From Ferruginibacter sp. (GTDB lineage Bacteria; Bacteroidota; Bacteroidia; Chitinophagales; Chitinophagaceae), in assembly GCA_025352525.1 (NCBI GenBank), contig JANXTG010000004.1, forward strand, positions 7,471-71,470: DNA of 64,000 nt, in the 5' to 3' direction. Made by a program: the position numbers and the translations under genes. Each line of letters begins with the position of its first letter. Position 1 is the stretch's first letter. Shown one piece after another: positions 28,562 through 37,286 of the stretch. The notes under the pieces were generated by a model, which saw only the letters and a program-made list of their open reading frames with translations, was not told the DNA's origin and searched no databases.

Positions 28562-30190
28562 TTACACCTGAAAAACGCCCACTTTGAATTCTGCAAAATC
28601 AGGATTATGATCTGCTGCAGCAATTCCTTCACTGATCACTTTTCTTGTATCGGCAGGATCAATAATGGCATCTATCCAAAGTCTTGAGGCAGCATACTGT
28701 GCTTTTGTTTGCGCTAAATATTTAGCTGTTATTGTATCTAAAATAATTTTTTCCTCCTCTGCTGTAACTTGTTGTCCCTTGGCTTTCATGCCTGCAACCT
28801 GAATTTGCAACATTGTTTTTGCAGCCTGTTCACCACCCATTACAGCAATTTTTGCACCGGGCCATGCGTAAATAAAACGTGGGTCGTAGGCTTTACCGCA
28901 CATTGCGTAATTACCCGCCCCATATGAGTTTCCGGTTATGATGGTAATTTTTGGTACAACTGAATTTGCAACAGCATTTACCAGTTTTGCTCCATCTTTA
29001 ATAATGCCGCTGTGTTCACTTCTACTACCCACCATAAAGCCTGTTACATCTTGTAAAAAAACCAGGGGAATTTTTTTCTGATTGCAATTCATAATAAACC
29101 TTGCAGCTTTGTCTGCACTATCGTTATAGATTACACCACCCAATTGCATTTCACCTTTTTTACTTTTTACAATTATGCGCTGGTTAGCCACAATACCTAC
29201 AGCCCATCCATCAATTCGAGCATAACCGCACACAATCGTCTTTCCATAATCCTGTTTAAATTCATCAAAACTCTCTCCATCTGCAATACTGTTTATTATG
29301 TCAAGTACGTTGTATGGTTTGCTATTATCAGCTGCAATAATACCATATATGTCACTTGTTTTTTTCGATGGCGCAATGGCTTCAATTCTGTCAAAACCTG
29401 CTGTTTTCGGTTTGCCTAATTTGCTGATGATTCTTTTTACTCTGTCAAGGCATTCTTCTTCCGTTTTAAATTTGTAATCTGCAATACCACTTAGTTCATT
29501 ATGTGTTGCAGCACCACCAAGGGTTTCCGCATCTGCATCCTCTCCAATAGCGGCTTTAACTAAGTATGGACCTGCAAGAAAAATTGAACCTGCACCTTCT
29601 ACCATCAATGTTTCATCACTCATAATGGGCAAGTAAGCACCACCTGCAACGCATGCACCGGTTACAGCAGCAATTTGTGTAATACCCATTGCACTCATTT
29701 TGGCATTGTTGCGAAATATTCTTCCAAAATGTTCTTTATCAGGAAAAATTTCATCCTGCATTGGTAGAAAAACTCCTGCACTGTCTACAATATAAATTAC
29801 CGGTAAATGATTTTCCATAGCAATCTCCTGCATGCGTAAATTCTTTTTTCCTGTGATGGGAAACCATGCACCAGCTTTTACGGTCTGATCGTTAGCAACA
29901 ATAACACATTGCCTTCCGCTTACGTAACCAATTCCACTTACAGTGCCGCCTGCAGGACATCCGCCATATTCTTCATACATACCGAAACCGGCAAAAGCGC
30001 CAATTTCTATAAATGGTTTACCGTCATCGCAGAGGTAAGCAATGCGCTCACGGGCTACGAGTTTATTTTTTTCTTTTTGTTTTTCTATTGCTTTTTTGCC
30101 ACCACCTTCGTAAATTTTTTCTAACTGTTTTTTTACTGTTCCCCAGGCAAGTTTTTGTTCGTCTTCATTTTTATTAAACTGAATATCCAT
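28562..30190 (-). CDS. Acyl-CoA carboxylase beta (carboxyltransferase) subunit, MCC/PCC-like
   Basis: NDQTVKAGAW, VDSAGVFL, GACVAGGAY, LAGPYLVKAA, GNSYGAGNYAMCG, IAVMGGEQAA. Confidence 0.93.
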   Translation of the reverse strand: MDIQFNKNEDEQKLAWGTVKKQLEKIYEGGGKKAIEKQKEKNKLVARERIAYLCDDGKPFIEIGAFAGFGMYEEYGGCPAGGTVSGIGYVSGRQCVIVANDQTVKAGAWFPITGKKNLRMQEIAMENHLPVIYIVDSAGVFLPMQDEIFPDKEHFGRIFRNNAKMSAMGITQIAAVTGACVAGGAYLPIMSDETLMVEGAGSIFLAGPYLVKAAIGEDADAETLGGAATHNELSGIADYKFKTEEECLDRVKRIISKLGKPKTAGFDRIEAIAPSKKTSDIYGIIAADNSKPYNVLDIINSIADGESFDEFKQDYGKTIVCGYARIDGWAVGIVANQRIIVKSKKGEMQLGGVIYNDSADKAARFIMNCNQKKIPLVFLQDVTGFMVGSRSEHSGIIKDGAKLVNAVANSVVPKITIITGNSYGAGNYAMCGKAYDPRFIYAWPGAKIAVMGGEQAAKTMLQIQVAGMKAKGQQVTAEEEKIILDTITAKYLAQTKAQYAASRLWIDAIIDPADTRKVISEGIAAADHNPDFAEFKVGVFQV

Positions 30191-30223
30191 TTGCTATTTT
30201 TATGTGCGGCAATTTAGGGAATA

Positions 30224-30258
30224 GTATTGAGTAGTAAGTATAGAGTGTGGAGATATAA
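30224..30258. repeat. Degenerate heptamer array (5 units)
   Basis: GTATTGA GTAGTAA GTATAGA GTGTGGA GATATAA. Confidence 0.55.
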
Positions 30259-30330
30259 CCGTAAAACTGTAGAAATGGTTCGACTATAATTTGTACTGTT
30301 TAAAGAACAATAATTTCTGTTATCAATTCT

Positions 30331-30338
30331 TATCTTCG
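30331..30338 (+). promoter_or_regulatory. -7 promoter box variant TATCTTCG upstream of proS
   Basis: Same variant as before dapA; implies a leader of about 145 nt. Confidence 0.45.
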
Positions 30339-30485
30339 CTGCATACCAAATTGCATAATTAAAGCTAAATATTTAGGTGAAGATGAAATGTGCGACGCCA
30401 CTGAAGATCAACATAGCTGCTTCTTTGTTTGGCTAATAAAAATACCAAAGACACAAAATTTTAGATATTAGATACTAGAACGAAC

Positions 30486-31964
30486 ATGAGCAAAGAACTT
30501 ACAAAAAGAGCCGACAACTATTCTGAATGGTACAATGAACTCGTAGTGAAAAGCCAACTCGCAGATCACTCTGCCGTGCGTGGTTGCATGGTTATTAAGC
30601 CCTATGGCTATGCGTTGTGGGAAAATATGCGTGACCAGTTAGATAAAATGTTTAAAGAAACTGGACATGTAAATGCATATTTTCCATTGTTTGTGCCAAA
30701 AAGTTTGTTTGAAGCTGAAGAAACAAATGCCGAAGGTTTTGCAAAAGAATGTGCGGTAGTAACACATTATCGATTGAAAGCTGACCCCAATAATAAAGGA
30801 AAATTAATTGTAGATCCCGAAGCAAAACTGGAGGAGGAATTAGTTGTGCGCCCAACAAGTGAAGCAATTATTTGGAATACTTACAAAGGCTGGATACAAT
30901 CGTACAGAGATTTGCCATTGCTTATAAACCAATGGGCAAATGTGGTGCGTTGGGAAATGCGTACCCGTTTATTTTTGCGAACTGCAGAGTTTTTGTGGCA
31001 GGAAGGCCATACCGCACATGCAACAAAAGAAGAAGCGATTGAAGAGACGATAAAAATGGTAAATGTGTATGCAGATTTTGTGGAAGAATACATGGCGGTA
31101 CCGGTTATTAAAGGTGTAAAATCGGCAAGCGAACGGTTTGCTGGTGCAGAAGATACGTATTGCATTGAAGCTTTAATGCAGGATGGTAAAGCATTACAAG
31201 CCGGTACGTCACATTTTCTCGGGCAAAATTTTGCTAAAGCATTTGATGTAAAATTTAGTGATAAAAACAATAAACTCGAATATGTTTGGGCAACAAGCTG
31301 GGGCGTTTCTACAAGATTGATTGGTGCATTAATAATGGCGCACAGCGATGACCAAGGACTTGTAATGCCTCCAAAAATTGCACCACTGCAGGTGGTTATT
31401 GTTCCTATTTATAAAGGTGAAGAAAGCAAACCGGTGATTGATGAGAAAGCGCATGGCATGATGAATGCACTAAAAGCATTGGGTATTAGAGTAAAATATG
31501 ATGACAGTGATAATGCAAGACCGGGCTGGAAATTTGCAGAATATGAATTAAAAGGTGTACCAATTCGTGTGGCGATGGGCATGCGTGATTTAGAAAATAA
31601 TGTGGTGGAAGTTGCCCGCAGAGATACAAAAGAAAAGCAAACAATTTCTTTGGATGGAATTACTGATTACCTTAAAAATTTGTTGGATGAAATTCAGCAA
31701 AACATTTACAACCGTGCGTTAACTTTTAGAAACGAAAACATTAGAGAAGCCAATAGCTTTGATGAAATGGTAAAACTGCTTGATGAAAAAGGCGGCTTTA
31801 TTTCAGCGCATTGGGATGGTACTGCAGAAACAGAAGAAAAAATAAAAGAACAGACAAAAGCTACCATTAGATGTATTCCGTTAGATAATAAACAAGAGGA
31901 AGGCATTTGTGTATTCAGTGGAAAATCAAGCAGGGAAAGGGTTTTGTTTGCAAGAGCGTATTAG
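30486..31964 (+). CDS. proS: Prolyl-tRNA synthetase (archaeal/eukaryotic-like type)
   Basis: [52 protein letters not shown]-terminal FARAY. Confidence 0.97.
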   Translation: MSKELTKRADNYSEWYNELVVKSQLADHSAVRGCMVIKPYGYALWENMRDQLDKMFKETGHVNAYFPLFVPKSLFEAEETNAEGFAKECAVVTHYRLKADPNNKGKLIVDPEAKLEEELVVRPTSEAIIWNTYKGWIQSYRDLPLLINQWANVVRWEMRTRLFLRTAEFLWQEGHTAHATKEEAIEETIKMVNVYADFVEEYMAVPVIKGVKSASERFAGAEDTYCIEALMQDGKALQAGTSHFLGQNFAKAFDVKFSDKNNKLEYVWATSWGVSTRLIGALIMAHSDDQGLVMPPKIAPLQVVIVPIYKGEESKPVIDEKAHGMMNALKALGIRVKYDDSDNARPGWKFAEYELKGVPIRVAMGMRDLENNVVEVARRDTKEKQTISLDGITDYLKNLLDEIQQNIYNRALTFRNENIREANSFDEMVKLLDEKGGFISAHWDGTAETEEKIKEQTKATIRCIPLDNKQEEGICVFSGKSSRERVLFARAY

Positions 31965-31966
31965 GA

Positions 31967-31994
31967 AAATTAAGAATTTTGATTTACGAATAAT
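31967..31994. repeat. Degenerate heptamer array (4 units) just after the proS stop
   Basis: AAATTAA GAATTTT GATTTAC GAATAAT. Confidence 0.45.
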
Positions 31995-32300
31995 TCATAG
32001 AGCTTTTTTTGGACGTATAATTACGGTTGACCAATTATTTTTTTTCTATTAGGTTTTCATAAACCTAAATTTTTTCAGGCAGTGTTTTGTCTTGGTATAG
32101 GAGAGGGGGTCCTTTGAACTATTTATCTTGTAAAGAGCATTTTTTCAAGTTTGAAGTCATTTACCCTTGCTTATAATTATTTTATTTTTTTCAATTATGT
32201 TCATAAATGTAATTGTTGTGCATAGATCGGAAATATTAGTAGCAAAAAAAGTAATTAAAAAGTTTTTTTTAAATCGCTACAAATACAAATCATGAGTTTA

Positions 32301-32340
32301 AAAAATAAAAGAACCGCCCCAAACAAATGAAGCGGTTTCT
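32301..32340 (-). terminator. Intrinsic terminator after dnaA
   Basis: Minus strand AGAAACCGC...GCGGTTCT followed by TTTATTTTT. Confidence 0.7.
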
Positions 32341-32355
32341 ATAATTTCTTTTATT

Positions 32356-33789
32356 CTACATAGCTGCAAGCTGTACTTTTTGCTGAAGCTCCAAGACACT
32401 TTCTTTAAATAGACTATCAGTATCCATTAAATCTTTTACCGTTTGGCAGCTATGTATTACGGTAGTATGGTCTCTTCCACCAAAATGTTCACCAATTGTC
32501 TTTAATGAATTTTTTGTAAACGCCTTAGATAGGAACATAGAGATCTGTCTTGCCTGAACAATTTCACGCTTGCGTGTTTTTTGCAACAACTTATCATAAG
32601 CAACATCAAAATATTCACACACCATTTTTTGGATAGCATCAATAGTGATTTCCTTCGTGGAAGATTTTACAAAATTTCTTAGTACTTTTTTTGCCAATTC
32701 AAGGTCTATTTCTCTCTTGTTAAGCGAAGATTGTGCCAACAGAGAAATGAGTGCTCCTTCTAACTCTCTGACGTTACTATTGATATTGTACGCAATATAT
32801 TTTACTACTTCACGGGGCATTTCTAACCCATCGTTTTTCATTTTTATATCAAGTATTTCAATTTTTGTTTCATAATCAGGCACCTGTAAATCTGCACTTA
32901 AGCCCCAGCGAAAACGACTAAGTAATCTTTCCTGTACACCTTCCAAATCTTTGGGAGATTTATCACTTGTAAGAATTAATTGTTTACCACTTTGGTGCAA
33001 ATGATTAAAAATTGAAAAGAATGCATCTTGAGATTTTTCAGCACGATTAAAAAACTGGATATCATCAATAATTAAAACATCTATCAACTGGTAAAAATGT
33101 ATAAAATCATTGATGGCATTGTTACGGCCATGATCTATAAACTGGTTAATAAATTTTTCAGAACTTACATACAATACAACCTTATTTGGATTAAGGTTTT
33201 TTACTTCGTTACCAATTGCCTGAGCCAAATGTGTTTTGCCTAGGCCAACACCACCATAAACCACTAAGGGATTAAAACTTGTACCGCCCGGTTTTTCTGC
33301 CACAGTTTTACCTGCTCGACGGGCAACTCGGTTACAATCTCCTTCTATAAATGTATCAAAAGTATATGCGGAGTTAAGCTGCGGATCAATCTGCATCTTC
33401 TTAAGACCCGGGATCACAAATGGGTTCTTAACCGGATTATTTATGACTAGTGGAAAATCCATTTCATTGTTTGAATATGATCTGTAACCATGCCCTGGAA
33501 TATCAGTTGTAAGTGGTTTATTTTTACTGTTACCACTATCCACCATAATCCTGTATTCTAATCTCGCTTCTTTACCAAGTTCTCTTTTTAATGTCTTTGC
33601 AAGAAGAGATACATAATGCTCTTCAAGGTACTCATAAAAAAATTGACTTGGTACTTGTATAGTTAGAATTTTTTCTTTGAGACTAACAGGTTTTATTGGT
33701 TCAAACCATGTTTTAAAATGCTGCCACTCAACAATATCTTTGATAATATCTAAACACGATGCCCATATTTTATCAAAAGATTTATCCAT
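32356..33789 (-). CDS. dnaA: Chromosomal replication initiator protein DnaA
   Basis: YTFDTFIEGDCN, YGGVGLGKTHL, IDDIQFF, SRFRWGL, NVRELEGAL, GGRDHTTVIH. Confidence 0.98.
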   Translation of the reverse strand: MDKSFDKIWASCLDIIKDIVEWQHFKTWFEPIKPVSLKEKILTIQVPSQFFYEYLEEHYVSLLAKTLKRELGKEARLEYRIMVDSGNSKNKPLTTDIPGHGYRSYSNNEMDFPLVINNPVKNPFVIPGLKKMQIDPQLNSAYTFDTFIEGDCNRVARRAGKTVAEKPGGTSFNPLVVYGGVGLGKTHLAQAIGNEVKNLNPNKVVLYVSSEKFINQFIDHGRNNAINDFIHFYQLIDVLIIDDIQFFNRAEKSQDAFFSIFNHLHQSGKQLILTSDKSPKDLEGVQERLLSRFRWGLSADLQVPDYETKIEILDIKMKNDGLEMPREVVKYIAYNINSNVRELEGALISLLAQSSLNKREIDLELAKKVLRNFVKSSTKEITIDAIQKMVCEYFDVAYDKLLQKTRKREIVQARQISMFLSKAFTKNSLKTIGEHFGGRDHTTVIHSCQTVKDLMDTDSLFKESVLELQQKVQLAAM

Positions 33790-33847
33790 TAGAATTTCAA
33801 CAGTTTTTTGCTTGTGTTATTTGGTTAGTTTATGGTAGCCCTTAAAA

Positions 33848-33855
33848 CAAATATA
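33848..33855 (-). promoter_or_regulatory. -7 promoter box TATATTTG for dnaA
   Basis: Exact TAnnTTTG on the minus strand, 58 nt upstream of the start. Confidence 0.6.
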
Positions 33856-33891
33856 TTATATTTATAGGGGACAGCGAATATCAAAATAAAT

Positions 33892-34099
33892 TGTTGATAA
33901 AAAAAACTTTTTATTGTTTATACTTTATCTTAAGTAAATCTAAAGTCTTACTTTTTTTAAAAATGATATTTCTTAAAAATTTGCAAAACCCCTATCCATA
34001 TTGAATTACAAAAGTTATGTTTAAAAACAAACTTGGGTAAAAAAAATGATAAAATAAATTTTAAAGACAATAAATATTATTTCTGTAGAATGTGTATAA
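33892..34099. promoter_or_regulatory. DnaA-box-like sites upstream of dnaA
   Basis: TTATACACA on the minus strand (34091-34099) matches TTWTNCACA; TTATCAACA on minus (33892-33900) has one mismatch; CTATCCATA (33992-34000) has two. Confidence 0.5.
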
Positions 34100-34210
34100 A
34101 CAGATTATGCAATGGCTGAATATTATTTTTTACAATAACTTTTCTTTTAAAATGCTTGCAAATAAATCATAAGTAAATAACACTTATTTTTGATCATAAA
34201 ACTTAACTAT

Positions 34211-34597
34211 ATGAGCTACGAATTAACCGGTAAACTAATTGCAAAATATGATACGTTGCAACGAACGGAAACATTTAAAGTAAGAGAATTTGCTGTTGAA
34301 AAAACGGAAGATATTGGTGGTAGAACGATTGTTAATTATGCAAAGTTTCAATGTGTGCAGGATAAAACAGCCATTGTAGATAAGGTGAATATTGGGGATG
34401 ATATAAAAGTTTACTTCAACATAAAAGGAAGCAAATGGGAGAAAGATGGTAAAACAAATTATTTTACAAATTTAGATGCATGGCGCATTGAGCAAATTTT
34501 AAACAGCAATCAGCTTAACAACAACTCAGATACAAATGGAATGGAACCTATGGATAATTTTACTTCTCCGCAGGAAAATGATGACTTACCATTTTAA
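34211..34597 (+). CDS. DUF3127 OB-fold protein with SSB-like acidic C-terminal tip
   Basis: FKVREFAVE, VYFNIKGSKWE, YFTNLDAWRIE and C-terminal DDLPF. The ATG at 34211 follows a TATTTTTG box at 34185-34192. Confidence 0.9.
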   Translation: MSYELTGKLIAKYDTLQRTETFKVREFAVEKTEDIGGRTIVNYAKFQCVQDKTAIVDKVNIGDDIKVYFNIKGSKWEKDGKTNYFTNLDAWRIEQILNSNQLNNNSDTNGMEPMDNFTSPQENDDLPF

Positions 34598-34647
34598 TAA
34601 ATAATTTTTTCAATTAAATTTCCGGGAGAAGACCCGGCAAATAATAA

Positions 34648-36231
34648 ATGCAGCAAAAAATAATATTAAAACTCTCTCCGGCTGATGCTGCAGACGAAGC
34701 AATAATAATTAGTAATATAGCAAAAGCAGCAGCTGTTAAGATCACATCTGTTTCAGGTTATTTAATAGTAAAAAAATCAATTGATGCAAGAGGAAAAAAC
34801 GTTTATATAAATCTTACCGTAAATGCTTTTATAAATGAGCCAGATTCGTCCAATATAAAAAAAACTTTTTCATTTAAAAATGTAAATCCCGATTCTAAAA
34901 AAGTAATCGTTATTGGCTCTGGCCCGGCAGGAATTTTTGCAGCACTGCAACTGCTTGAAAAAGGAATTAAACCAATAATTTTAGAAAGAGGGAAAGATGT
35001 AAGAGCAAGGCGCCGAGACATTGCAAAACTAAACAAAGAAGGTATTGTAAATCCCGAAAGTAATTATTGTTTTGGAGAAGGCGGAGCAGGTACGTACAGC
35101 GATGGTAAATTATATACAAGAAGTAATAAAAGGGGTGATATAGACCGTATTTTAGATTTGTTTGTAAACTTCGGCGCACCCCAAAACATTGCTTACGATG
35201 CACACCCGCATATAGGCACCAATAAACTCCCACAGATTATTATTGCCATGCACGAAAAAATAAAAAGTTGTGGAGGTGAGGTTTTGTTTGAAAAAAAAGT
35301 TATTGATTTTAAAATTACAGGTTCAAAAATAGATGCTGTTACAACTGCGAATGGAGAAATATTTTGCGCTGATGCATATATTTTAGCAACCGGACATTCT
35401 GCTAGAGACATTTTTAAATTGCTTCATTTTAAAAATATATTAATTGAAGCTAAGCCATTTGCCATGGGTGTTAGAATTGAACATCCACAACATTTAATAG
35501 ATAGTGTACAATATCATTGTGCAACCGAAAGGGATATTAATTTACCACCTGCTGCTTATTCTTTAGTACAGCAAGTAAATGGTAAGGGTGTGTTTTCATT
35601 TTGCATGTGTCCTGGTGGTATTATTGCACCTGCCGCAACCGATGAGGGCCAACTTGTAGTAAATGGCTGGAGCCCATCTAAAAGAAACAATGCTTTTGCT
35701 AACAGTGGCATTGTTGTGCAGGTAGAAAAAGAAGATGCAGTAGCTTCATTAAAAACTGCAGGTATTGAAACAAAAGAAGATGATCCGCTAATTTTTATGA
35801 AGTTTCAACAGATGGTGGAAGAAAAAGCATACAAGGAAGGTGGTGGAAATTTTAAAGCGCCTGCACAACGAATGCAGGATTTTGTTACCCGAAAATTATC
35901 TGAAACACTTCCGGTTAATTCCTATCTACCTGGATTAACCTCTTCAAAACTTCAAAATGTATTGCCGGGATTTATTTATAGTGCGTTGGCCGAAGCCTTT
36001 CAACAATTTGGCAAGAAGCTGAAAGGTTATTACACAAACGAAGCAGTAGTAGTTGCAGTTGAAAGCAGAACTTCAAGCCCGGTCAGAATCCCGAGAAATG
36101 CAGAAACTTTACAACACCCTCAGTTAAGTAATTTATATCCATGCGGGGAAGGTGCAGGCTATGCAGGTGGCATTGTAAGTGCAGCTATGGATGGCGAAAG
36201 AGTTGCTAAATTGATTGCTGTAACAATTTAA
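34648..36231 (+). CDS. NAD(P)/FAD-dependent oxidoreductase
   Basis: VIGSGPAG FAD-binding motif, FGEGGAGTYSDGKL, ATGHSARD, FCMCPGG, GEGAGYAGGIVSAA. Confidence 0.9.
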   Translation: MQQKIILKLSPADAADEAIIISNIAKAAAVKITSVSGYLIVKKSIDARGKNVYINLTVNAFINEPDSSNIKKTFSFKNVNPDSKKVIVIGSGPAGIFAALQLLEKGIKPIILERGKDVRARRRDIAKLNKEGIVNPESNYCFGEGGAGTYSDGKLYTRSNKRGDIDRILDLFVNFGAPQNIAYDAHPHIGTNKLPQIIIAMHEKIKSCGGEVLFEKKVIDFKITGSKIDAVTTANGEIFCADAYILATGHSARDIFKLLHFKNILIEAKPFAMGVRIEHPQHLIDSVQYHCATERDINLPPAAYSLVQQVNGKGVFSFCMCPGGIIAPAATDEGQLVVNGWSPSKRNNAFANSGIVVQVEKEDAVASLKTAGIETKEDDPLIFMKFQQMVEEKAYKEGGGNFKAPAQRMQDFVTRKLSETLPVNSYLPGLTSSKLQNVLPGFIYSALAEAFQQFGKKLKGYYTNEAVVVAVESRTSSPVRIPRNAETLQHPQLSNLYPCGEGAGYAGGIVSAAMDGERVAKLIAVTI

Positions 36232-36246
36232 AATAACTATCAATTT

Positions 36247-37284
36247 CTAGGCTGTTGTAGATACGGGTGATATCTGCACTACAGGACCGCTTAATTTTTT
36301 CTTAACTTCAAAGTTCAAATACTTGTAAATAATATCGCTAAGGCTGAAAATTGCAAAAATTAAACAGCCAATCACAAAACCTATAATTCCGTATAGAATA
36401 TTGGAAGGTTTTACTACGTTAAACGGAGGTTCGGGAGCATCCAATATTTCAATAATAGGCGTAACCTTTTGCTTTCTCCACAAGGCCTCTTCCCTGTTGG
36501 AAGCAGCACCATTTCTTTGAGCAAGTACTAATAATTTATTATTCTCTAAATTTTCTTTCGGGACAGTATACTGAAGTTTACCGGGCTGTACAAAAAGTGT
36601 TGTATTATTTAAATAAATTCTTTGATTATCATATTTGTTTAATACTTTTTCTAATGAATCAACCTTTTTTTGAGTGAAATCAAAATCGAACTGAGCTTTT
36701 TTAATTTTAAGTTCCTTGTAAAATTGTGAGATTTTGTCAATAAGAACTAGGCTTCCAGGTTTTATGAGTTTTTCATTTGTACTTGTAAAAATAATTTCAA
36801 GCAAATTGTTTTTATTAAACTTTACCGAGTAATAGGTTGCAAATAAATTTGCACCGGTAGAATATAAATCACTTTCAAGAGAAGGAATTTGAATGACAGG
36901 ACTTAGACTAGATTTATTTTTATTGTATTCTTCAATTAAAATAATTGCTATAGACTTATTTCCAAAAGCAGGGAGCCTTTCTGCGACAACAGCTTCACGG
37001 GTTCTTCTGCTTTTTGCAACCTCTTCAATATTTACATTCGCATCATCACTTAACGTTTTTGAATTCCCCCCACCACCAATTAATTCTGTTAATTTAGAAG
37101 TAGCAGAACTCGCATCGGGAGCTGCGGTTAAAGGATATAATGTTGATTTTACAGAAAATATTGCAGGTGTATTTTTGGCAACCATGTACATTAAAATAGC
37201 TATTGATGCACCCCCGATTAAAATAAGTATTTTAATCTGTTTGAGTCTATTAATTATTACTCTAATTAGTTCGTTACTTGTCAA
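36247..37284 (-). CDS. Polysaccharide chain-length determinant / co-polymerase (Wzz/GumC-like)
   Basis: Two TM segments flanking a coiled-coil periplasmic region; PIIEILDAPEPP before TM2; no kinase domain. Confidence 0.7.
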   Translation of the reverse strand: MTSNELIRVIINRLKQIKILILIGGASIAILMYMVAKNTPAIFSVKSTLYPLTAAPDASSATSKLTELIGGGGNSKTLSDDANVNIEEVAKSRRTREAVVAERLPAFGNKSIAIILIEEYNKNKSSLSPVIQIPSLESDLYSTGANLFATYYSVKFNKNNLLEIIFTSTNEKLIKPGSLVLIDKISQFYKELKIKKAQFDFDFTQKKVDSLEKVLNKYDNQRIYLNNTTLFVQPGKLQYTVPKENLENNKLLVLAQRNGAASNREEALWRKQKVTPIIEILDAPEPPFNVVKPSNILYGIIGFVIGCLIFAIFSLSDIIYKYLNFEVKKKLSGPVVQISPVSTTA

Positions 37285-37286
37285 AA

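Noticed and set aside
31995-32300. Pseudogene or oriC downstream of dnaA
   Set aside because: Only short signal-peptide-like fragments with many stops and a single two-mismatch DnaA-like site; not supportable.
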